A program made the translations under genes and the position numbers. Under the pieces are notes generated by a model. That model had not been told where the DNA came from, did not search any database, and saw only the letters and a list, made by a program, of their open reading frames with translations. A stretch of DNA of 64,000 nt from contig CAJWAD010000002.1 in NCBI GenBank assembly GCA_913020245.1, positions 2,788 through 66,787 of the forward strand, in the 5' to 3' direction. Below are positions 28,456 to 37,217 of the stretch, piece after piece; within the stretch, counting starts at the first letter, position 1; every line of letters begins with the position of its first letter. The DNA is from an uncultured Oleiphilus sp. (lineage in GTDB: Bacteria > Pseudomonadota > Gammaproteobacteria > Pseudomonadales > Oleiphilaceae).

Positions 28456-28600
28456 AGTTGACGGCGTTCACATGTGACTTATTCGGCGCCTTATCATAAC
28501 GTAAAAACGCACTATTCACCGAAGAGAACTGATAAACTTTGTGATGTAGCCAACGCTCACAACTTTATGATTAGACATTCGAACAAGGCATAGACTTAAA

Positions 28601-29458
28601 ATGAAACCCGTCACTACTCGGCTTTTTCGCCTCGCAGCTTTTAGTTTTTTAATCCTCTCGTTTCAAGTAGCCCTGGCTGACTATCAAACAGACACTGCCG
28701 CAAGTTTTGCCGAGGGCCGAATTAAGTATGACCGTTTTTTTGATGACATCGATTACACCATTAAACAATTCGGCGCGCGCGTGCACACCGGCAAAATTAA
28801 GGCCAGCAATGCCCCATTAAATGAACAAAGCTTTCTCTCGCAACAGTCGTTTGTCGACCTACAAACCATAAATATTGATTTTGACGACGCCGCAGATCAA
28901 GACCAACTATCGCTCTACTATAGCCATAAAATTAAAGACAAAGATGTGCGACTTATTGCGGGTTTTAACCAATATGAGGTGCTCGATGCTACGCTGAGAG
29001 GCGCAATATTTGGTTTGGGGTATTACTTTAGTGACGAATCGCTGATGTCGTTTTCATGCAGAGGCGCCGAAGGTGATCAGCTTGATTATAACCTTTGCTC
29101 TTTTGAATTTCGCCATGCCGATCGCCATGATGATGCCCCCATGAGTTTCCGTTTGTTTATGAATATAGAAAGCAATTACGCAGATGATGACATCTTTCAA
29201 TCGGGCGGCGAGCTCACTTTTTACTTGAGTCGCCAACTGGGCGTGGGCTTAGGGATTGATTCGGCGTTTATCGATTACAGCGATTCACGAGAGAGTATAT
29301 ATAGCGAATTAAGCGCACATAGTAGTTACTGGTTTAACGAAAAGATCGCGGTCACAGGTGAGCTAAGTTATGCTATTGAGAGCGTCGACACACGTTTCTC
29401 CAATGATTACGACGCCAACTATTCGCAAGCAACTGTCGCTCTGCAGGCACGTTTTTAA
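28601..29458 (+). CDS. putative outer-membrane beta-barrel protein
   Basis: 285 aa. Signal peptide ending ALA-DY, alternating amphipathic strands rich in Y/F/D/S, and a C-terminal ...ALQARF (terminal Phe typical of OMPs). Confidence 0.6.
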   Translation: MKPVTTRLFRLAAFSFLILSFQVALADYQTDTAASFAEGRIKYDRFFDDIDYTIKQFGARVHTGKIKASNAPLNEQSFLSQQSFVDLQTINIDFDDAADQDQLSLYYSHKIKDKDVRLIAGFNQYEVLDATLRGAIFGLGYYFSDESLMSFSCRGAEGDQLDYNLCSFEFRHADRHDDAPMSFRLFMNIESNYADDDIFQSGGELTFYLSRQLGVGLGIDSAFIDYSDSRESIYSELSAHSSYWFNEKIAVTGELSYAIESVDTRFSNDYDANYSQATVALQARF

Positions 29459-29470
29459 ACCTAATGGGCT

Positions 29471-29974
29471 TTACATGTTGCGACTATGCTCGTTCTGCAC
29501 CAGTTCGCCCCGTGCGCGCTTACGCTCCACGCCAGGCCCTGGAATAGGTTGCATATCTCGAGGATCAATCGGCTCGTTACAGCAATCACAGACATAGCGC
29601 GGTACGCTTACGTGGCCGCAGGTTTTATGACGGAACTCCACTGGAAACCCATCGTCATCACACGCCCATTTATCACCCCACTGCACAACTGACATCAATA
29701 CTGGGTAAAGCTCTAAACCTTTTTGCGTTAAACGGTACTCATAACGACCGCGCTTCTCATCGTAAAGCGCTTTTTTCATAACACCCTCGTCGACTAATCG
29801 ATTGAGCCGGTCAGATAAACGATGCTTGGTAATACCCAACGACTTTTCAAAATCGCTAAACCGACGAATACGACGAAACGCATCACGGACGATTAGCAAG
29901 GTCCAACGGTCACCAAAAATTGCTAACGCTCGCGCCATAGAACACACTTGTGAATCAATATCTTCCCAACGCAT
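29471..29974 (-). CDS. HxlR-family transcriptional regulator with Cys/His-rich C-terminal extension
   Basis: The wHTH core CSMARALAIFGDRWTLLIVRDAF...YRLTQKGLELYPVL is typical HxlR. At 167 aa it carries an extra tail containing C104, H116, C119, H121, C129, C131 and C132. Confidence 0.9.
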   Translation of the reverse strand: MRWEDIDSQVCSMARALAIFGDRWTLLIVRDAFRRIRRFSDFEKSLGITKHRLSDRLNRLVDEGVMKKALYDEKRGRYEYRLTQKGLELYPVLMSVVQWGDKWACDDDGFPVEFRHKTCGHVSVPRYVCDCCNEPIDPRDMQPIPGPGVERKRARGELVQNEHSRNM

Positions 29975-30123
29975 CGGTACTTATTTCCTTATTTTTAGTC
30001 TCTGGTTTTTATTTTAATCAGCGGCGCTAGCGCAGCTATGCATACCCATTACCCTCTCGAAACGTATCAGGTAATCAACAGCAAGCTTAGCAACAACTGT
30101 TTACATTTTAAACACAGTATAGC

Positions 30124-30179
30124 TTGACAGGTTCCAATTTGAAACCTTAGTATATCTATAAGGTTCTTTTTTGGAACCT
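30124..30179 (+). promoter_or_regulatory. candidate sigma70 promoter overlapped by two 19-bp AGGTTC-N7-GAACCT-type inverted repeats (putative HxlR operators)
   Basis: TTGACA (30124..30129), an 18-nt spacer, then TAGTAT (30148..30153). Box 1 is AGGTTCCAATTTGAAACCT (30129..30147). Box 2 is AGGTTCTTTTTTGGAACCT (30161..30179). The region is divergent from hxlR. Confidence 0.4.
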
Positions 30180-30330
30180 ATCGCCATTTTGAGTAATGTG
30201 AAGAAATAAGACATTAACGCAGAAGTGGTCGAAGGGTATTCGCTCACAAAAGAAAGCCTCAACAATAAGGCTGAAAAAGTGACTGGATGCCCCACATAGC
30301 CTTTTTAAGGCAACTGCTAGGAGAGTAACG

Positions 30331-30423
30331 ATGAAAGCAATTAAAAGTTTTATGAAGTGGATCGATGAAGAAATTGGTTTTAGTAAAATAGAGCTCAATT
30401 TAGAGCCAGGCGACATAGATTAA
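30331..30423 (+). CDS. hypothetical 30-aa small ORF
   Basis: MKAIKSFMKWIDEEIGFSKIELNLEPGDID, preceded by AGGAGAG 5 nt upstream of the ATG. It lies downstream of the promoter/operator pair. No homology is recognised, so this may be non-coding. Confidence 0.3.
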   Translation: MKAIKSFMKWIDEEIGFSKIELNLEPGDID

Positions 30424-30797
30424 ACTCGCCGTCTAAATTTTGTTCTTAACAAGTCATTTTTATTACCAATGTAAGCATTTAACACAAAAACGTTATGTTG
30501 AAGTGAGCCTCACAGGTCTCTATATGCTTTCAAGCAAAGGGACCTGTTTTTACTAAGCAAACACACCTCAGTAGCGCTGCCTTGCGATCGACTTCGCAGC
30601 CGACCGTTACGTTGACAAGCATGGTCTATCAAACCAATGCCGTTACACAGTACACTTATTTTCGCTCAATAATTTGAGAAGTTCACGCCGGTGTAAATCA
30701 AAAGCGGTGCGTGCGCCCTTAATCATGAACGAGAAGAATGTAAGCAGAGCGACAAAATGCACAACGCCCTGCTCACACCTCTTTATACTTACAACCC

Positions 30798-31283
30798 TTA
30801 CAGGCTAACTTGCCTGAGCGTGGGATGCGTCTGCATCGCTTTTTCAACCGCCGAACTGGCATTTTCATCATAATCTACAATCATCAGATGTTCACCGTGA
30901 TGAATGTCATCATTAACGAAGGCAAACTTTTGGTTTTCTCGCTGAATACCCAATAAACCCCCTTCCCAAGTGGAGAAGCCCAATAAAACAATGGCGCCGA
31001 AAATAAACGGCATGTTGCCAACAGGCGATTCAATCGACAGTACGGTGGGAAGCGCCAACATTAAGCTCGCAAGGATGACCCCAATCACTGCCCCATAGGT
31101 TCCCGAGCGTATTACATCGGTTTTTTCAAAGTCACTCACGGTTCGCAAGTGATGTTCTTGTACGTCTGCATCGGCATCGCTGTACACATGAATATGCTTG
31201 TCACGGACGCCTTGATCAACTAGGTCGTTATGAGCGGATTCCATTTCATCTAGGTCTTGAGAAATATAATATGCGTGTTTCAT
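30798..31283 (-). CDS. hypothetical membrane protein (two predicted TM helices)
   Basis: 161 aa. Acidic N-terminal region, two hydrophobic segments (GAVIGVILASLMLALPTVL, MPFIFGAIVLLGF) and a short C-terminal domain. No family is recognised with confidence. Confidence 0.6.
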   Translation of the reverse strand: MKHAYYISQDLDEMESAHNDLVDQGVRDKHIHVYSDADADVQEHHLRTVSDFEKTDVIRSGTYGAVIGVILASLMLALPTVLSIESPVGNMPFIFGAIVLLGFSTWEGGLLGIQRENQKFAFVNDDIHHGEHLMIVDYDENASSAVEKAMQTHPTLRQVSL

Positions 31284-31641
31284 GCTGGCACCTTTATATG
31301 AAAGTTCATAATCAATACGGCGACAACGCCAACTAGGTGCTATTTCGTTATAGAATATTTTTCTCTATCAATGAACTGATTATAAGTATTTGCTATTAAC
31401 CAGCTATTGGAAGAATTGCGTTGTAAAAAGTGCACACTAGCTGGCAGTAAATTCTTGAACTCAAGCAATCATTAAATCGGCGTAAATCATCATTCACTTT
31501 GCTCGCTTATCAGACTAACGCACCGAAAAAAATTAAAAATTTTCTCCCAATCAAAGTAATACTTAAATGCTTTGATACCTTTGGGCTGCCACACTGTTCT
31601 ATGTCGCGATTTGCTAATGTCCTGGTTGCGCAAATTCTGAG

Positions 31642-33576
31642 TTACACTTTTTCGATATTCGCGAGTGTAAAAGTAAACTGAGCGCCATCACCGTTCAAGG
31701 CATCGCAAGTCACCTGCCCCTCTAACTTGCTCATGACTAAGTTATACACAATATTTAGTCCTAAACCACTGCCTCCTTGCCCCATCTTAGTGGTGTAAAA
31801 AGGCTCAAAAACTCTTTTTATTATTTCTGCACTAATACCGGCTCCGTTGTCACGGTATACGACTCTTGCACCATCTTTTTCTTCAAATACTTTTATCTCT
31901 ATCTCACATCCATTCGTTTTATACTCAAAACCATGCACTAAGGAATTAATAATTAAATTGGTAACAACTTGAGACAGTGCACCTGGGTAAGTATTCAGCG
32001 CTATTTCTCGAGAACCCGCTACAGTAACTGACACATCTTTCGTTTTAATCTTAGGCTTAAGGCTCAGGACAACAGCGTTTATATAGTCTGCTAAACAAAT
32101 TTCACGGCATTCCTCACTGCTCTGATCAACAGCCACCTGCTTAAAATTTGAAATCAAACGAGCCGCGCTGTTCACGCTATGTAATAAAATAGTCCCGCTC
32201 TCCGAAAATTCGTTTAGCAACAACTCCATCTGGCTTCTAGTTAACTCGCCCGATTTATAAGCATTATCAAGCGTCGAAAATAAACCCTGCAAATGTGTGG
32301 TAGTCGTCACACTAACGCCCAGAGGCGTATTCACCTCATGCGCTATGCCAGCTACTAACCGGCCCAATGCAGCCATTTTCTCTGAATGTACGAGGTCACT
32401 GTGCGCTTGAGTTAATAAATGACTTTTCTTTTCGTATGAATCCTCGAGCCGGTCGATAACACGTTTTCTTAACCATATGAACCACATTAGACCGAAGATA
32501 ATTAGTATACCAGCCAAGATTAGACTTGAAATTGACCAGAAAATTATTGGATTGGATTCTTTTAGACTAAGGGGTTTGTTTATCCACTGCGTATCACTGG
32601 GCAGTAGTGCTTCAGAAATACCAAATATATTGAGCTGATCATAATCAAAAATATTAACATTCGGACTTTCAGCAATAACCGGAAAATCCTGAACTGATTT
32701 ACCAGAGAGCAGACCTGCCGTAATTTTTGCAGCTATCCGGCCCTGCTCGTAGTGGCTTATAACCTTTCCGCCAAACAAACCATCGCCAACCCCATGTCGC
32801 CAAAAATGATAAACAGGGCTGGCAGAACGTTCGGATACGTATGAGACCATCTGGTAAAAGCTTTTTGTAGCCCCTTTGGCATCTCGATATCCGCTTAGCA
32901 GGAGAACCGCATTACCTTTATTATCAATTAAATGCTCGGCTAGTTGCTCGTAACTCATTTGAGTTAAATCAAGGATCTCGAGCGCAAGCTGATTTGAAGC
33001 GACTTGTGAATCAAACACCGACCGCAAATTGTTTTGCCCCGTCGGTGTTCCATCAACGACAACCTGCAACGTTATCTGGCTACCGTGAACTGCCTGAATA
33101 ACGTTAAATGTTTCCCGTATTGATATTTTCTCTACAACACCGGTGATCTGCGGATCAACCTCCAGCATTGCCGCCTTTTTAACGTTATTTATTCCAAGAA
33201 AAATAATGGGAATATCGTTAAATAACGTGTATTTTTGGTTCAGAGCAAAATCTAGTGCATTATCGTCGGCGACCATCACCACATCATAGCGGTAGTCGAG
33301 TTTGGAAACTTTGAAGGCAAGGGACCGCGAGAAATTGAGCAGATTCTCTTCCGTATTAAAACGCTTCGAATCCATGTATTCGTAATCAAGGTCCATATTT
33401 TTCTCATCGAAACCTTGCGCTTTTAAGCTATCTCTTATGCCTTGATTCTGTTTATAAAAACTTGGAAAGGCGGGATGATAAGCACTGATTACAAGCACAT
33501 GCTTACGCCCTTGCGCAAAAATCTCCGACGCACACAAACACAAAACGATGAGAACGCCAATAGACAGACTCTTCAT
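31642..33576 (-). CDS. sensor histidine kinase with periplasmic solute-binding-protein-like sensor domain
   Basis: 644 aa. Signal/TM, an approximately 320-aa periplasmic domain, a second TM, the H-box GIAHEVNTPLG, and HATPase N/G boxes (YRDNGAGI, GGSGLGL). No response regulator is adjacent. Confidence 0.85.
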   Translation of the reverse strand: MKSLSIGVLIVLCLCASEIFAQGRKHVLVISAYHPAFPSFYKQNQGIRDSLKAQGFDEKNMDLDYEYMDSKRFNTEENLLNFSRSLAFKVSKLDYRYDVVMVADDNALDFALNQKYTLFNDIPIIFLGINNVKKAAMLEVDPQITGVVEKISIRETFNVIQAVHGSQITLQVVVDGTPTGQNNLRSVFDSQVASNQLALEILDLTQMSYEQLAEHLIDNKGNAVLLLSGYRDAKGATKSFYQMVSYVSERSASPVYHFWRHGVGDGLFGGKVISHYEQGRIAAKITAGLLSGKSVQDFPVIAESPNVNIFDYDQLNIFGISEALLPSDTQWINKPLSLKESNPIIFWSISSLILAGILIIFGLMWFIWLRKRVIDRLEDSYEKKSHLLTQAHSDLVHSEKMAALGRLVAGIAHEVNTPLGVSVTTTTHLQGLFSTLDNAYKSGELTRSQMELLLNEFSESGTILLHSVNSAARLISNFKQVAVDQSSEECREICLADYINAVVLSLKPKIKTKDVSVTVAGSREIALNTYPGALSQVVTNLIINSLVHGFEYKTNGCEIEIKVFEEKDGARVVYRDNGAGISAEIIKRVFEPFYTTKMGQGGSGLGLNIVYNLVMSKLEGQVTCDALNGDGAQFTFTLANIEKV

Positions 33577-34028
33577 AGAATATACTCATGTGTTCAGTTT
33601 TGTAGAATCAATGCGAGCTCAGGACTTCTACAAGTATAGGTTATCTTTTTTACCTTGCACGCGCTCATGCTCCTTCTATGCTCTTTGTGCGTTCCTTCTA
33701 CTTGAATTTCAGAAATAGGATGTCTGATGACGGGGTCCTTAAAACTAGGATTAAAAGTCCAAGTCTTTAAGAAACGCCATAACATTCAATAGGAGTCGAG
33801 GAATATCAACTGTGCACTAGTCAGGGTGCCGAGCATAAGAAAGGTCGAGCGCGAAAACCGACCTGTCAGACCTTGCCATAACCTTTTAAGGTTAAAAAAT
33901 TAACATATCAACTATGTGCTTATTTCATAAGCCGACAACTATGAACCCCTATTCTCCTCCTAGACACACTTTTTAAAAATGTGATTCATCGGATGCCGTG
34001 CGGTAGATGAATGGAAAACAACACAGAT

Positions 34029-34406
34029 TCAATTTAAATCAATCGCGTATTTTTTTAACAGCTCTATCGGGACGATTTCGGTGGCTTTGATGTGTGTGCT
34101 GCGCAATTTTACGCGCGGCGCCATGCCTTGCTCATGCGCCTCCAACCATCGCGAGGCACACAAACACCAACCGTCGCCCTCTTTCAAACCAGGAAACCCA
34201 AACTCGGGGATGGGGGTAGCTAAATCATTACCTTTAAAACGAGAAAATTCTAAGAAGGTTTGCGTCGCTTCTACACACACGGTGTGCGAGCCAAAATCTT
34301 CTTTGCAGGTATTACAGCAGCCATCGCGAAGAAACCCTGTTTTTGGCTCCATACTGCAGGTTTCAAGCTTTTCCCCTAACACATTGATCGGTTTTTCAAT
34401 TTCCAA
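34029..34406 (-). CDS. DUF2237-family protein
   Basis: 125 aa. GFLRDGCCNT...GSHTVC...GDGWCLCASRW matches my recollection of DUF2237. TTG start with AGGAG 6 nt upstream. It begins 40 nt downstream of modC on the same strand. Confidence 0.75.
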   Translation of the reverse strand: MEIEKPINVLGEKLETCSMEPKTGFLRDGCCNTCKEDFGSHTVCVEATQTFLEFSRFKGNDLATPIPEFGFPGLKEGDGWCLCASRWLEAHEQGMAPRVKLRSTHIKATEIVPIELLKKYAIDLN

Positions 34407-34446
34407 GAGTAACTCCTAATAAGGTGTAAATAAGCAACACGCGGAA

Positions 34447-35520
34447 TCAAATTAACAAGGCCACGCTTTTTACTTGCGCAAAAACCACAAGCCCCATCTC
34501 TAACTTCAATTCATCGGCAGATTTTTTTGTAATGCGCGCTAATACGGTGTGCTGACCGAGCGTCAATTTCAGCATAACTTGTGCACCCGGTATAACTGAT
34601 ATTTCGGTTATGTGGGCTTCAAAACTATTTAAAATACTTGATTGGGCTGGTTTTACCAGGCAAACACTCACATCTTTGGCTTGAATCTGCAAGCGTACTT
34701 GCTGCCCGACATTCACTTTTTCTGTGACAACCGAAAAGTACTGCTGATTAAAGGCTAACTGCGCCAAGGCATACTGTGAATCATAATGGCTAACGCATGT
34801 AGTGAGAACAACACCCGCATTTGGCGCCTGTGACAAGGGCAAATCTAACCGACTAAACATGTCCATACATGGCCCACTCGCAAGCACCCTACCTCGCTCA
34901 AGCAATACCAAATGATCAGCTAACCGAGAGACCTCGTCACGCGAATGACTGACGTAAACAATGGGCAGCTGCAAACGGTGGTGCAGCTGTTCTAAGTACG
35001 GCAAAATTTCCTGTTTACGTTGATCATCAAGCGCAGCAAGTGGTTCATCCATCAATAACAATTTAGGCGCGCTGGCTAACGCACGCGCGATGACAACACG
35101 TTGTTTTTCACCGCCTGAAAGCGATGCACATCGACGGCCGAGGAGCGCCTCAATACCAAGCAATGTGATGGCTTCTTTTACTTCGGTGGCATAGCGTGCA
35201 AAACCTCGCCGTTTGGCACCATACATAATGTTTTGTTCAACATTTAAATGCTCAAACAAACTTGATTGTTGAAAGACAAAACCAATCCCTCGCTTGTGCA
35301 CGGGTAAAAAGAGGCCTTGATGCGTGTCTTGCCAAACCGTCCCGTCGACTGCAATCTGCGCATGTTCTGCACGTATTAGGCCCGCCAAACAGTTTAACAA
35401 TGTGGTCTTTCCGCTACCGGACACGCCGTAGATTGCACTGATGCCCTTTTTTGGTAGGGCTAAATCAACCTGCAGTGAAAAATCATCAAGCGGCTGGGTA
35501 ATGTTCACGGCAATACTCAT
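34447..35520 (-). CDS. modC: molybdate ABC transporter ATP-binding protein
   Basis: Walker A GVSGSGKTT, signature LSGGEKQRV, and a C-terminal TOBE-like domain. I chose the start at MSIAVN (35520), which gives an ATGA overlap with the modB stop. Confidence 0.9.
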   Translation of the reverse strand: MSIAVNITQPLDDFSLQVDLALPKKGISAIYGVSGSGKTTLLNCLAGLIRAEHAQIAVDGTVWQDTHQGLFLPVHKRGIGFVFQQSSLFEHLNVEQNIMYGAKRRGFARYATEVKEAITLLGIEALLGRRCASLSGGEKQRVVIARALASAPKLLLMDEPLAALDDQRKQEILPYLEQLHHRLQLPIVYVSHSRDEVSRLADHLVLLERGRVLASGPCMDMFSRLDLPLSQAPNAGVVLTTCVSHYDSQYALAQLAFNQQYFSVVTEKVNVGQQVRLQIQAKDVSVCLVKPAQSSILNSFEAHITEISVIPGAQVMLKLTLGQHTVLARITKKSADELKLEMGLVVFAQVKSVALLI

Positions 35521-36200
35521 AGCGCGCCTATACGATAGCGTTTGTTTAGACCATAGACGCCCAGCAACAGAACGAAAGAGCACACCAACAAGACGCCAGC
35601 AAGGCTGTGCGCCGCCGCATAATTTAAGCTTTCAACATGTTCGTATAACGCAATAGACGCCACTTGTGTCTCGCCCGCCAAGTTACCACCAATCATCAAG
35701 ACGATACCGAACTCACCTAAGGTGTGGGCAAAGCCAAGTACGGCGGCACTTAAAATACCGGTCCTCGCCAATGGCAAGGCGACTGAGAAAAAACGGTCAA
35801 CAGGCGAGGCGCCAAGAGAAGCGGCCGCATCTAAAGCGCGCTCATCTAATGCCGAAAATGCGTTTTGTATCGGCTGGATCACGAATGGTAATGAATAAAA
35901 AACCGAGCCAATCACTAACCCCGTAAACGTAAACGCGAGTGACTCAATACCAAACACCGAGAGAAGGACACCAATCGGCCCCGCTGGGCCTAATGCCAGT
36001 AATAAGTAAAACCCAATAACCGTAGGCGGCAGCACTAACGGCAGCGCGATAAGCGCCTCAAGCAAAAACTTGCCACGCCAAGCCGTACGGGCTAACCACC
36101 AGGCCAAGGGCGTACCCAAAAACAAAAGCACTAAGGTGCTAATGCCTGCCAGCTTTAAACTGGTAAATAACGCTAAGACATCCGTCTCCGTTAAGCCCAT
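35517..36200 (-). CDS. modB: molybdate ABC transporter permease
   Basis: 227 aa with a CysT/ModB-like permease profile. Positioned between modA and modC. Confidence 0.9.
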   Translation of the reverse strand: MGLTETDVLALFTSLKLAGISTLVLLFLGTPLAWWLARTAWRGKFLLEALIALPLVLPPTVIGFYLLLALGPAGPIGVLLSVFGIESLAFTFTGLVIGSVFYSLPFVIQPIQNAFSALDERALDAAASLGASPVDRFFSVALPLARTGILSAAVLGFAHTLGEFGIVLMIGGNLAGETQVASIALYEHVESLNYAAAHSLAGVLLVCSFVLLLGVYGLNKRYRIGAL

Positions 36201-36202
36201 CG

Positions 36203-36958
36203 TTAGCGATACCCTTTGCTATTGATTAACTCGGCTGCCAAAGGCGACTTCATAAACATCCAAAATTCATCCGTAGCGGGCTTGGCATTCAGCTTTATCG
36301 CTTGTTGTATGATTGGCGAATAATTTGCCTGATCTGGCAACCAATAATTACCTTTTTTCGATTCAGGTAAATTCAATACTTGAGAAAGAGCAACCAACCC
36401 TAGCTCGACATTTCCACTGACTACAAATTGAAAGGCTTGTGCTACATTTTCGCCTTGAATCAACATAGGCGCCGCATCCCACTGCGACTCAAAACTATTT
36501 ATTACTTGCATCGCCGCCCGGCCATACGGTGCTAACCTTGGATTGGCGAGCGCCAGACGTTTAAATTGACCGGAGCGCAGCACTTCGCCATTTTCGAGGC
36601 GCAAATCTGACTGAGGCGTCCACAAAACAAGCCGCCCTGTCGCATATGTGAAACGCGACCCGGGAATACCCTCTCCCGCTTTTTCGATTTGTTCAATGCG
36701 GCGTTGGTCTGCCGAAAAAAAAGCGTCATAGGGCGCACCATTCACAATTTGCGCGTAATGCTTACCACTCGAACCAATACTAAGCGCCAGCTTATGTACA
36801 CTTTGAGATTCAAATAAAGGCTTCAGGGCTTTCATGGTTTCAGAGAAGTTACTCGCAACTGCAATCCTCAATAACTCTGCATGGCAAGCATTCGACATCA
36901 GCGCTAACCAGAGGCTCAGGCTCCAGTAAACAAATTTTTTTGGCAAACGTCTAATCAA
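36203..36958 (-). CDS. modA: molybdate-binding periplasmic protein
   Basis: 251 aa. Signal peptide, then RIAVASNF...SIGSSG..YAQI..GAP.D.F.SA, typical of ModA. The start codon is TTG (start uncertain). Confidence 0.9.
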   Translation of the reverse strand: MIRRLPKKFVYWSLSLWLALMSNACHAELLRIAVASNFSETMKALKPLFESQSVHKLALSIGSSGKHYAQIVNGAPYDAFFSADQRRIEQIEKAGEGIPGSRFTYATGRLVLWTPQSDLRLENGEVLRSGQFKRLALANPRLAPYGRAAMQVINSFESQWDAAPMLIQGENVAQAFQFVVSGNVELGLVALSQVLNLPESKKGNYWLPDQANYSPIIQQAIKLNAKPATDEFWMFMKSPLAAELINSKGYR

Positions 36959-37187
36959 AATTATGTTTCATAAATTAGGGGGTATTCGTTAAAAAAAACA
37001 GAAAAAACCGAGAAAAATGTCAAAACAGGCAGTGTTTTAATGATGCGTGCTTTTTGTCTTTCAACGACACCTGAAACCTTATCAAAAAACAGCGAGCAAA
37101 TCCGAGCTAAATAAGGTGATGAACCTACCTTGTTGGTAACGGTAAACTCGGCTTTCGACCCCCGCACGCAGCGTAATATTGGGGTTG

Positions 37188-37217
37188 AATATACCCTCAC
37201 CCCCGAGACATTGTCGA
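37188..37217 (-). promoter_or_regulatory. candidate sigma70 promoter of modA
   Basis: On the minus strand: TCGACA (37217..37212), an 18-nt spacer, then TATATT (37193..37188). The -10 is overlapped by the inverted repeat ATATT-N7-AATAT (37176..37192). Confidence 0.3.

Noticed and set aside
28539-28562. CRP-like inverted repeat TTGTGA-N12-TCACAA in the tonB/OMP divergent region.
   Set aside because: The 12-nt spacer does not fit the CRP/FNR TGTGA-N6-TCACA geometry. It is kept only as a note within the tonB finding.
30156-30416. 86-aa minus-strand ORF with one hydrophobic segment, antisense to the 30-aa sORF.
   Set aside because: It has no SD, is AT-rich and low-complexity, and runs through the promoter/operator pair. 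I cannot exclude it, but it is less well supported than the plus-strand sORF.
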